In this document: piece by piece, positions 51,791-64,000 of the stretch | Numbering within the stretch: position 1 is the first letter of the stretch | How the letters are laid out: each line of letters opens with the position of its first letter | DNA from: Proteromonas lacertae | Lineage: Eukaryota | DNA length: 64,000 nt | Direction of reading: 5' to 3' | NCBI GenBank assembly: GCA_002245135.1 | Contig: NGBS01000585.1 | Span: 124,001-188,000, forward strand | Translations under genes and position numbers: made by a program | The notes under the pieces: generated by a model | Databases searched by the model: none | Seen by the model: only the letters and a program-made list of their open reading frames with translations | What the model was told of the DNA's origin: nothing

Positions 51791-53865
51791 ATGGAATTCT
51801 CAGCAAGTGATGTAAAAATGCTGTTTGATGACATTGGAAAATCTCTCAAAGGATGATTTGCTTGGGATTCCTTTTGTTATTGGTAATACATCGCTGAAGA
51901 ATGATTGTTTTGTTGTAGATAACAGTAATGAAATGTATGTGACATTAAAATCAAACCTATTTGACAGTGATTCCTATATTCAATTAAGAACTTATGTGAA
52001 TCAATGTCTTAATCGAGCAAATACACAGGATAAATGTCTTATATGCAATAATAATTGGTGCTCTGATGAAATAATAAAATGTGCGAATAATAGTTGTGCA
52101 AATGCTGTTCATGAATCTTGTTATGGGTTAATACCAAGAAATAATCAAAAACGTTGGTATTGTTGGAATGTATGTTTAATATATTTATCTAATTGATAGT
52201 GTATAAATCAAACAACATTGACTTGTGCAGTTTGTTTAGAAAAAGGTGGAATTTTAAAACCAACAAATAATGGTCAATATTGTCATGTAATTTGTGCAGC
52301 CTTCACTCCAGGTATAAATTAATATCTATTAATTATAATAAATTAGAGACTTCCTTAGCAGATAATCCAATGTTAGAACCAGTATTAGGAATAAAGAACA
52401 TATCAAAAGAAAGATATACATTACAATGTTCATTATGTAATAGACACAAAGGTGCTTGTATTCAATGTTGTTATGGGAAATGTACAGTATCATTTCATCC
52501 ATTATGTGCATTAAAATCACAATTACTGTTGATATCTGATAATGGTATTCCATTTGTAACATATTGTAATAAACATATGAAATTAATACAAAAATGTATA
52601 ATATAATTTATATTATTTAATATATATTTATAGCAAAGATAAAGTATTGCATTTGTAATAAAGAAAGCATTGAAAATGATTTCTATATTGAATGTACTTA
52701 TGGTAAAGGTGGTTGTAATGGTTGGGTTCATCCTGAATGTATTGGAATGACAAAGGAAGAAGCTGAACAATTGGAGAATTATATCTGTCCATTGTGTAAG
52801 CCATTATATGAAAAAGAAGAGAATGAAAAACAAAAAACAAAGACTAAATCGAAAGAGACAAATGAAAATAATAAAATATCATCATTATCATCATCGAAAA
52901 GGAATTTAAGGAAAAGAAATAGAGTAAGTTATAATTATGAAGAAGAAGATGAAGATGATGAAAATGAATTAAATAGTTCAAGTGATGAAGATGATAATAA
53001 CCCATTTCCATTATCAAGTGAGTTTTGTGATAATTCTTGGGATATTATAGGAAAAGATGATTTAACAATTCATTTAAGATTAACCAATGAATTAATTGGT
53101 TTAAATTATGTGAATGAAAACTATAAAGGAAAAGAAAAGGAATATGAAGAAGAAGAAGAAGAAATAGAAAGTGAAGTTGAGAATGAAAGAGGAAGGAAAG
53201 ATAAAGGAGAAGATGGAGATGATGACTATAATTCCTCTGAATCAAATGATGATGAATCTGATACTGATAAAGTAAGAAGGAGTAATAGAAAGAGAAGAAG
53301 TTATAGTGAAGGAAGTGAAGAAGAGGAAGAAGATGAAAGTGAAGAAGAATCAGTTGAAGATCAAACTGAAGATAAAGATAAAGATGATGTTGAAGAAGAA
53401 GATGAAAAGGAAGTGAAAGAAGAGAAGAGTGTAAAGAAGAATAAGAATAAAAATAAGAATAAGAATAAAAGTAAGGAAGTAGATGAAAATGAAAATGATG
53501 AATATGAATCACTCTTTTATTATACCTCAACATGGAAGATAATTAAGCAGAATGGATTAAATATAAGATTGAAATTAACTGGATCTGTATTGGATAAAAA
53601 CAATAGAAATAATGATAATAATAGAGAAAGAAAAAGAAAGAGTGTTATGGATAATGATGATATGGAAATAATGGAAGATGATAATGAAGAAGATGTTGAT
53701 AATAGTGAAAATAATGATGAAGAAACACCAAAGGAGAAGAAAACTGTAATTAAAAAGAAAACTCCAATAAAACGGAAATCTGTAAGTAGAAGATCTTCAA
53801 TAAAGAAGAAAAGGAACGATTATTTAGGAGATGATGATAATTGGAGTGATAGTTACAGTGATTAA
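51791..53865 (+). CDS. PHD/PZP (BRPF/JADE/Nto1-like) chromatin protein with extra PHD finger and acidic low-complexity tail
   Basis: CLIC..C..C..AVHESCYG..WYC..C; CAVC..KGGILKPT..HVICA; CSLC..GACIQC..C..SFHPLCA..YCNKH; third finger YCIC..IEC..GWVHPECIG..YICPLC. The start may be 51791 or 51828. Confidence 0.85.
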
Positions 53866-53947
53866 GTATAATTTAACTCATTTAGTGTATTATATGTATT
53901 TATTATCATCAAAAACACTATTTATAAACTACTTTGTGTGTTATATT

Positions 53948-55979
53948 TTAATATTTAAATGTCTTACTACCATATCTTGGAGAAATGATTTCAAATTGAA
54001 ATCCTTCTTTCTCATACTTCTGTTTTAATTCATCCACTTCAATATCTTTAATAATTCCAAATACTGCACCACCACTACCACAAAACTTCGCACAACAAGC
54101 GTTTTCTCTTGCGATTTCAATCATTCTGATATTTTCTTTACCTAAAACCTCATCTCCAAATACCTTTCTTCTTAAATCGAAGTTTTTATTTATTAAACTG
54201 TATAATAAATCATGTTTGTTGTTAATTAATGCATTTTTACCTTGCTCAGCATATAGTGCAAATCTATACAACATATATATGCTATTATATATATATATAC
54301 TCTTTCATTGCATCAATTACAGTTTTATCACCATGATCAAATCTATGTCTAACGTCAGAATGAATCTTACCAGAGTAAAAATATGTATAAAAGAAACAAT
54401 AATATTTATTATATATATTTATATTTAAAAAAATGATATTTCACTTGGTTTATTAATATAAGCTAAAAACAATTGTGGTAATTCGACATTCAATATTTCA
54501 TACTTACCTCTTTCTGTTATATCCATATACTCTTTATCAAAATCCATATATACTAAGTTATCATATACTTGAACCACTCTATCTTGAAGACCAGCTGTTA
54601 TATTCAACTCTTTCGTCTCAACAGATAATATCAATGTTGGTAATACTTCGATGGGAATATCATCATTTGTAACATGATAGGCGTTTAATAAACAATACAT
54701 TAAGGATGTAATGATTGCACTTGAACCTGATAAACCAACTTGTCTTGGGATTGTAGTATCATAACTATTAAAAAATATATATATATAATTATTATATTAT
54801 ATTATATATATTCTATATACCTTATTTCAAAATTAAAATCTGGAACTGATATACCGTAATCTAAACATGCTTCATAAAATATTTTACAGGTGGCTAATAG
54901 TATTCTTAAACCTCCATTATATACACTTTTAGAAAATTGATTATACAAATCGCTTATACTGGCAAATTCTAAATTATCAAAGCGTGGATGAGGTATTATT
55001 TTGAATTTATCACTTGGAGTTATTGATACATCTGCATAATAATTATTAATAGTAAATGAAATTGTTTTACCATTGTAACCATCAGATGGATTTCCTAATA
55101 AGCCTATTCTTGCATATGTTCGATCTATAAATAGATAATGATAAATAATACGTGTAAATGATATTGGTGCTTTTATTTGTGATGGATATTCATCAACTGT
55201 TAGTATTTTCATCGCATAAAATGATTCTGTTTGTGATAACCACTGCAAAAATGATTCTATTGTTGTATTAGCAGATGTTAGATTTGTTTCATTTGGTTGA
55301 ATGAATAAAGGTATTGATAAAACTGATTTTCCAGTTAATAATATACAATCTGATACTAATAGACATTTAGAGTTATCCAAGTCAGTAAATTCTTGTAGTT
55401 TATGAGAGCTTTTATCTATTTTCAAGTAAAGTTGGTTTGGTACTTGGCTTGAACAATCACTGTTATAGAGAATTATATTTTCTTTTTGTTTATTGAAATA
55501 GGAGAGAATAGATTTTATATGGAGATTGATAGGAATTAGACTCTATAAAATAATAAATGTAAATAGAATAGATATATACTGAACAATTCAAAAATAGACA
55601 TATATCTTCAGGTTTGAATGAGGTGATATGATCTGAGAGTAGACTAAGAAAATCCATACTAATGCAATGCATAATATAAAAATCATACGAATTAGATGAT
55701 TGTTTTTGTTTACTGTATATTATATGATTAAAACGAAAATTCTAAAACTATATATAACAAATAATATACAAGTTCTTTAAGCCAATTTTCAGTAGACTCA
55801 TCATCTGAAACATTTGTTATAAGAAACGAATCATATAATTGAGATATTTCCTTAATAGTGGATCCAAACGGATTTAAGTCTGGAAATCCAGATCCATTAG
55901 CGTCCTTCTGTTGAAGTGGATGTTGTTCACAGTCTATAGGTAGATGGTTACAATCATATAAAAAAATAAGATGTAACAT
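53948..55979 (-). CDS. Glucuronokinase-like GHMP kinase with N-terminal extra (degenerate nucleotidyltransferase-like) region
   Basis: [61 protein letters not shown]. Confidence 0.82.
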
Positions 55980-56238
55980 CTCAAAATTATGTTCGTTTCT
56001 TATATGAAAATTTCAGTTGATTTTTGATTTTTTTATTGAGACATAATTAAAATATGTTTTGAGGGAAGAAAAAGAATAACTGATAGGAAAAGTAATATAA
56101 AATTGAAAAGAACAGACTTAAACAAAACAGAATCAAGAATTAAGAAAATAAATCTACAGCCAATCTCTAATTTTTATTCTTATGCTGTATCATATTACTA
56201 TACTGCAAACAAAATTCTATGCATTGCGACATTTATGA

Positions 56239-57750
56239 ATGTTTGAAAAGTCTGAAAAACTGAAAGTTTCTAATTTTTTCATGTCTGACACATTGAAAAG
56301 ACAGAATACTTTCGAAGGAGATAAATCATTAGTAGAATACCAGAATGAGCTTAGTAACATAATATTTCCTTTCAGCCCTGCTGACGTTGGTATTAATCAT
56401 AAATGCTATATGAATAATAGATGAAGACTTTTCATTTGCTCCTGCTAAATTCACATTCTTCTTTGAAGGTATAACAGATCCAGGAGAAGTAGGTATAAAC
56501 AATCAAGACGAATATTTCATATTAAGGCTTCCTGAAAGTAGTGCTATTGTATTTGGAGTATTTGATGGGCATGGCAAATCATTAGGGCATATTGCATCAA
56601 GAATTGCAAGAAATTCGTTTAAAAATAGTTTCAGAGACAAACAAGCTATAGCTCAACTTAAAGAAGATCCTCAAAACTTTTTTAATCAAGTTTTTGAAAA
56701 AGCTAATAACGACATAAGAGATGTATTGAGTTGTTTGTTATTCTAATTTTGTTAGGCATTTCGTGATGTAACAAAGAACAAAGGTATAGAAATGAAAGAA
56801 CGTGATGGTTATCTATACAGAGAAAAGAATGGAAGAGAATTTACAGTTCAAGGAGGAACAACAGCAACAATATGTGTTATAGTGGATGATTATAGATTGT
56901 ATGTTGCAAATGTAGGTGATTCATTAGCTGTACTAGGAGGCTGTTCCTTACCAAGTCATGAAAGTAATTATAACTACACATCCACTCCCTCAGAATCACC
57001 ATTAATGCCAGGAAGGAGTTTATTTCCATCAAATAATGATTTTGATATGTTAGGATCATTACAGAAATCAATGAGAGTATTGACTGAAGATCATTCACCA
57101 ACATCTATTGAAGAATATAAAAGAATTAAAGATTTTAGATGTGATTCTAATAATTCAAAGTATTTATATATATTATGTATTTTATTGTTGATAATAATAG
57201 AGTTCCTGCTTTACAATTCATCTTTGATGATTACAGTGAAGAAAAGTTAGGATGTACCAATATATTTAACGATAGTTTTGGACGTATAATAAAGAATAAA
57301 GGTAATTTCATAAAGAATGCAAGATCAGAATATGCTTGTTTAGTTTTAACACCAGATGATGATATTAATAAAACTGCATTAAGTTTTACACGATCTTTAG
57401 GTGATTTTTATATGAAAACATATGGTGTAACTTTTAAACCAGCTGTTAATTGCTATGATCTGAGAGAGTTGAAAGGTATGCAACAGTTATATCCAGGTGA
57501 TATTGCTGGTTTATTAGTGTTAGGAAGTGATGGACTTTGGGATTGTTATAAGTTTGAAGATTTGTTTTATCATTTGTTACAAAATGGTATTTATATTTAT
57601 TTATATTTTATAGAAAAGAGTGATATTGTTGGAAATACATTAGGTATTGCTCATAATTTGATGGTTGACACAATAAACAATGCAAATGCTATGTTTGGAG
57701 AAGATATAGATAATATTACTTTCATAATGTGTTATATAATGGTAGAATAG
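56239..57750 (+). CDS. PP2C/PPM protein phosphatase
   Basis: NQDEY, FGVFDGHG, GGTTAT, ANVGDS, TEDHSP, FTRSLGD, GSDGLWD, DNIT. The start is uncertain. Confidence 0.9.
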
Positions 57751-57780
57751 TATTAATGTAATAAATAAATAATTTGAAAT

Positions 57781-59662
57781 TCATTTAATTGTTTTATTGT
57801 TTATTAATTCTATTCTCATCATTTGACTAGAAATTGATAAAGCTGTTTCTAAAATACTAATTTTACTCATTACAAAATCAACAATTCCTTTCTTCATCAC
57901 GTTTGATATTTCTATTTTACTATTTATAGGATTGATGTAAAAACCTTTCACTTCTGTATTCTCAACTTTATTCTCTTCTAAAATACTATTAATCTCTGAA
58001 AATATTATTGAATCATTCTTCTGACAAAGATATTTAGGAGTTGATTTATACATTACAGAGATATTATCACAAACAATCTTGAAAAGATAAGATAAATAAG
58101 GATTAGAAGAATATATTTCAGGAATTGAATTGGATAAATCCTTGAACAAATAACAAAGATATAATTCAACACTACAACCTCCTCCATAAATGAAAATACT
58201 CTATATAAGAATAATAAGCAAAATGATATACATCTTCATCAGATTTTGAGTATTTTTTTGATTCAACTAAGTTCAGTTTCAAAGTATTCAACAATCTAAT
58301 GATTGAGAATTTATATTGTTCTCCGATTGATTGATTTTCACATCTCAATAATAACTGCGGTATTTGATTAACAGAATTTGTTTCATTCATATTATTAATA
58401 CCACTTATCTATTATTAGTAGTGTATTCTTATATACTTGCGTGTAATATTTATCACCAAATAATAGAGGAGATATAAAATCAGCAACACCAATATTCTTT
58501 TCTTCATTTAAATCAAAATCTATAATAAATCACAAACATATATTTATCTAAATACATTCTGAATAACCTAAAAGTGGTGATATGTTATAAACATTAGTTA
58601 TATTATTTATATCTTCCTTATTTACTCCATCAATAACTACAATTCCATTATTTATAAACACTTGTTCACTCCATTCAGGAATACTATATCTAGATATTAT
58701 ACAGTTTATATTATTATTATGAAAGTAAATAATCAGCTTATTCAATATATCATATTCATAATTAATTGTATTCATAACTTCTTTATTACTTGAGACTTTT
58801 ATTTTGCATTTATTCTCTGTTTTTATTAGAAAACTGCCTGCTAAAAGTACAAATCGAATATTTTCGAATTTCTGTTTATTCATTCGATGACTTGGAATAA
58901 TTCCAGCAGATATTATATATCCATTACTTATTATTATACTTTTATTAAGCGTAGAGCCAGATACTACATAATAATAATAATAATCAATACAAATTAGTAT
59001 GAAATTCTCTCTCAATAAATATGTCAGGATAAAAACTAAATCATGATTTTGATTTGATTTCTTGCTTCTACAATACATATATAATATTTTTATACATTTC
59101 TAGCCATTGTATTATTATTGATGAGAGTTCTTTTGCTATTAATGTATTTATATTTGTTGAAATTATTGTCGAAAATATTGGATATAAAAGTTTTAAATTT
59201 GATATTACTATTTTCTTTGATTTTTTGATAACTGATGGAATTATATATTCACTCAATAAGTGATAATGTATATAATCATAAACTTTACTAATATCAACAT
59301 ATCTAATTCATTATATTCAACTATATCATATACAATTTTCTGTCATTACTACTTATTCTAGACAATGTCTGCAAAATGTTTTGAAACAATTCTGTAATAC
59401 AAATCAAAAGCATTGAACTCCCATCTCCGTTAGTATCTCTAAAACTAACTAGAGTATTCTTTATGATTACCCCGTATAAATTTGTTACATCTAATGAATT
59501 TAAAATTGTAGCTCCACATGTTGTAATCACTAATTGAGTAGGAGAGGTGTTAATTATTGAATCTAAGCCTAATGGTCCAAATGATTGTTTAATAATAGAT
59601 AAGAGACTATTACAAACCTAAAACAAATTACATAGACTATATACTATAACTATTTCTTTCAT
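57781..59662 (-). CDS. Divergent group II chaperonin-like protein (BBS10/MKKS-like rather than canonical CCT)
   Basis: IIKQSFGPLGLD, ITTCGATILNSL, GDGSSM (degenerate GDGTT), C-terminal GIVDFVMSK...AL.ISSQMMRIE. Confidence 0.65.
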
Positions 59663-59721
59663 AAAAAGCAAAAAATAAAATTGTCTCTGAGCTTGTTTCA
59701 ACAAGCCTGACATCTATTTTT

Positions 59722-61906
59722 ATGTCTATTCTTGATTTATTGAATGTAGAGAAGGGTTTATCCAGTATACCTTGTTTCTATATTTATATCATAGATAATT
59801 ATTCAATAAACCCATATTCATATCACCACTGTTATGAGATTCTAGGTGTATTTTTTTGTACTTTCTACATTATTCTAGCAATCTTGTTCTTACTGTTATC
59901 ATGCCGCTTGTGTAAATACAATTAAATGGAAATACGATGGAAATGAATTATTATCTTCAGGAGATGATTTGTGTATTACTTGTGTTGACACTTCAAAACA
60001 CTATCCTTCTACTCCTCCGATAGTATAATCATATTGAGTTAAATCTCGATAGAAATGGAAAGCTGTTACATCACATACAAATAACATATTTAGTGTCAAT
60101 TATTTATCATGTCAAGACAGAAATGTAGTATCTAGTGGTTTAGATTGTAGAGTAATAAATACAGTAATAAGAGAAGATGGAACACCAACTACTGTTTCTG
60201 TATGTAATTGTTCAACAGAAACAACTCCTAATACAGCAACTCATCATTCTTTACCACATAATTATTGGAGTTGTAGTTATAATGGATATATATATCAAGT
60301 ATTTATATATATTTATTATCAATTAAATAGTATGATAATAGAACTCCTCATCATTGTCAAATTACTACTTCTATATATGATATACCTTCAGTAGCAATAG
60401 TTAAGCGTCATTCTCAAATACAAACAATAGCCATTAATCCTAATAATCCATATGAAGTATTTCTATTGTAATAATAATTATTATGTAGTTATGTTCAGGA
60501 GAAGATGGTGGATCAATAGTATTATATGACATTAGGAGAGTTAGTATAGATGATGATGAAAGTATATTTATTATTCTTTATGAATATAGATAACTCAATT
60601 ATTCAGGAAATCACTCTACCTCATATGATTGATAAAGAAATTGGAGATAATAGAAGGTTTGGTCCTACAAATATACAATACAATAAGAATGGAACAGCCA
60701 TTATTGCACATATGCTTGGTGATCAAACATATATATTTAATTTAAATCAAACTGATGAAGAATCAGTTATACCATTAACCATTAAACCATCTAATAGTGA
60801 TATAAAAAAGGCAGAATATTTCTATTCAAAAGTATATAACAAACATTCTTATATTAACTGAATAGTATCAATTATGTGATAATATTCATGATAAAATAGC
60901 AAATTTAAATATGTGTATTTATTATGATCCAAACAATGTGAATTATCTCAATCTAAGAATAGAATGTTATAGAAATAGAAATTACACGTGTGATTCATCA
61001 AATGTATGGTTGTTATTATCATATATTATTTAATTGTAGATTGTTCAAGATTTAATATATTTACATAAACTCACTAAACAAATTGATTATTTAATTGAAA
61101 TAATAAAAATATGCAAAAATGTATTATATTTGAAAAATATTGTAAATGATAGAAATTGAAAGTTGATCTTTATTCAAATCTCGTAACAGAATATTTAGTA
61201 CACGCTACAGTAGAAGATAAGACAAAATTGAATTCAATTATTGATGGAATGGGAAATTTAAATCAATGCGACAGAAAAATGTATATATAATATAGATTTT
61301 ATTTTCTACATAATAACTATAGAAATACTCATTTTACACGCTCTCTTGTAGGTTGTTCTAATTTTGAGACTTCAATCAAACAAGCGACGTATAATAATAT
61401 ATGTTATTAATGATAAAAATAGCTTTCTTGGAAAGAATTCTGAATATGCAGCAGCTGGAAGTGATGATAAATCTTTTATGATATGGAATGTTAAAAGTGG
61501 GAAATTAGTAAGAAGAATAGAAGCTGATAGTACAATTGTTAATTGTGTACAAGTATATATATATATATATATATATATATCAATATAGGCTAATCCTGTT
61601 GATTTCAGAATAGCTACTTCAGGAATTGATCCAGATGTTCATATTTTTGAACCAGGATATGTTAGTAAATATGCATTGGAAGATTTATCGACTTTTATAG
61701 AAACAAATCAAAATGGAAATGTTGGTGAATTCTTTAATGGAGATCAATTGCAGATGATTTTACAAATGTTATTAGGAAATCCAATTACACATGTTGATGG
61801 GCTTGGCTTTTTTGGAGATTATTATAGTGATGAAGAGAACAATACAAGTGATAATAGTAGTGATGGTAGTGGAGGTGATACTGACGGTGCTGATGGAAAC
61901 TATTAG
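59722..61906 (+). CDS. WD40 DCAF protein (WDTC1/DCAF6/DCAF8-like) with central helical/TPR-like insert
   Basis: HAACVNTIKW..DG..LLSSGDD, HTNNIFSV, GCSNFETSIKQAT|FLG..SEY..AGSDD..F.IW, ADSTIVNCVQ, ATSGIDPDVHIFEP; many short introns. Confidence 0.8.
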
Positions 61907-61970
61907 ATATTCAGGAAATAATTAATAAATTAACATACAATTCTAAAAAACATAAATGAATAACAAAATT

Positions 61971-62476
61971 TTAATCTGTTTTACGAATTAAACAAAATAT
62001 TCTTCCTTCTGACAATTTTTCTGGAACTAAATTTCTTAATAACTGCATACTTCCTTGAATATTCATCATTAAACCACCAAAAGATATATAAATAGACACA
62101 TTTTGATTATCTTGTTGATCATATTTAAATAATTTACCATGCATAGCATATTCATAATGATCAAGAAGAGTAGGCTATTTTTATATAAAAATCACATTAT
62201 ACAAGAACATGCGGCTCAAAAATACCATTATCAGGTTCACCTTTTAGATTTATTGTCTTTGCAAGTGCAATTGTTAAATTATCTGTAGATTTGCATGGAT
62301 AAACATCTATATTAATATCTAAAGTAATTTCAACGTTATCTTCTGATTTTACTACAAAACGAGAAACTATAGAATAAAAAGTATTGAATTATACCCTTTT
62401 CAAACTTTTTTCCATCTGGATCAATTTTTTCAATACGAAATTTATCTTCAAACAGAACAAAATCGGTTTCTGACAT
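61971..62476 (-). CDS. RPB8: RNA polymerase I/II/III shared subunit RPB8
   Basis: LFEDKFRIEKIDPDGKKFE, LDINIDVYP, YEYAMHGKLFK, YISFGGLMM..QG; absent from the ORF track because of introns. Confidence 0.92.
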
Positions 62477-62547
62477 TTAATTTCTGGTAAAAAATGTAAT
62501 GTAATCTACAAAATTCAAGCTTTTGCTTGTTAACAAATTAAGTTCAA

Positions 62548-64000
62548 ATGAGTAAAAACAGAAAAGGTAAAGGTGTTAATTCATCATCAAAAAGCGAACA
62601 ATCGTACAATCTATTATGTGAGTCAGGTACTGGAATGTTAGACTTCTCATCAGTTACAATGATCAACTGTCCAACTTTACAAAATGTATCGCCATTAACT
62701 TCTTCACCATCTCAATTAAGTCCAATGTCTAATCCTGAATTTTTAGTGGCATTGAAAAAAATTAGTTCAAAAGATGACACAACCATTACCAAAGTATGAT
62801 TAATATATCATTTATCATGCTAAATATAGGGATTACAATCATTTGAAGAGTTGATAGATAAAGAATTACCTCAAACCTGCGTGTTATATGCAGCTGAGTG
62901 GAGTGATCATTATGAAAAACTATTGTACAATAGAGACACATTCATCAGAAAAAGAGCGCATCAATGTATTATATAAACATTTATAAATTATCAATTTAGT
63001 AATGGGATTGTATGGAGCAAAGGTTAAGAAAGGAATATCTCCTTATTTAGATTTAGTATTACCACACTTGTTTCTAGGTATGTCAGATCCCCAACAACGA
63101 ATTCAAGAAGATGCAATTAAATCCTATCAGATGATCTTCACAACAGACAGAGCTAAAGAAACGATATATCAGAAATACACTAAAAGTTTATTAAAATATT
63201 ATAATAAAATATTAACTAATATAAATAATTATGATAAAAACATTACTGATAGATTATTACAGTCTATTTACACATCATTATCATTTTTGATTAATGATTT
63301 ACCTCAAACTCTGTTTGAGGAAATGTCATCCAATAAAAATGAAGGATTTGAACTAGTATTTAATAATTATATATTATGTTTATGATAGATTTTAACTCCA
63401 AAGTTTTTCCAACAAATGTCATCAATTGAATCTCTTCAAATAGTGGAAAGTGTAATGAAAATAATCCAATCATCTTTAAAGAGAAAATATGATATTATAT
63501 TAAATACTAAATGTAATATTATACAGCAGTTAATAAAAGGAATGAATAGATATTGTAATATGTTTATCTATTGGGATATTTTATTACAATTTATTAAGAT
63601 GTATATATATATTATAAATATTATAATCCTATACCAAATAGTTATCCAGAATCATTTAATTGTATTCAGAATAGTAAAGGTATAATGAACGCAATAGAAA
63701 GATTATTAACAAAGTATAATATATGTATATATTATTATTGTAATAGTAATGATATTGAGAAATATTCAACAGTTGTTTATCCACATCTATTACCATTATT
63801 AGATTCAATTCATCAGTATTTTATACACCTTATATATATTATTATTCATAATAGATCATGGAAAGATAATTTCCCAAGTCATATTTTATCATTTTTCACT
63901 TCATTATTCTCTTCATCAGAAATATTAACATCATCCTCATCATCATTTACAAAAAGTGAATTGTATTTTGATACATATATTGAATGTACTCTTTATATTG
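62548..64000 (+). CDS. LTN1: Listerin (LTN1) E3 ubiquitin ligase, N-terminal part; runs off the window
   Basis: MSKNRKGK..SSS, LVALKKISSKDDTTITK|GLQ, W..HYEKLLYNRD..IRKRAH, KKGISPYL....P......DP. Confidence 0.78.

Noticed and set aside
52860..53865. GAA/GAT-rich repetitive tract, and antisense ORF 53045..53533
   Set aside because: This is ordinary acidic/basic low-complexity coding sequence of the PHD protein, not a repeat element or a second gene.

Overview
This is an AT-rich, very gene-dense eukaryotic (protist) nuclear window. It has many tiny GT..AG introns (mostly about 20-50 nt) and very short intergenic spacers. That organisation resembles Blastocystis/Opalinata-type stramenopiles, which is an inference and not proven. 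About 22 spliced genes can be reconstructed by eye. Main finding: two collinear paralogous giant receptor genes (<1..10464 minus; 35694..47403 plus). Each has a signal peptide and nine tandem bacterial-type (UrtA/AmiC/LivK-like) periplasmic-binding 'Venus flytrap' domains. The complete copy ends in a GABA-B-like class C GPCR 7TM domain (about 3,800 aa). The ORF track misses most of the left copy because its 8.2-kb exon runs off the window edge. Other notable items: an in-frame Rab1-like GTPase::PPCDC (CoA biosynthesis) fusion whose last Rab exon is nearly identical to the true Rab1 gene 39 kb away; a tandem pseudo-kinase/kinase thymidylate kinase that shares a 24-bp divergent spacer, containing TTTCGCGCCAAA (an E2F-type site), with RTEL1; a multi-FHA/cNMP protein; and clusters of single extra bases that break otherwise intact genes. 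Exon boundaries and starts were read manually and are approximate.
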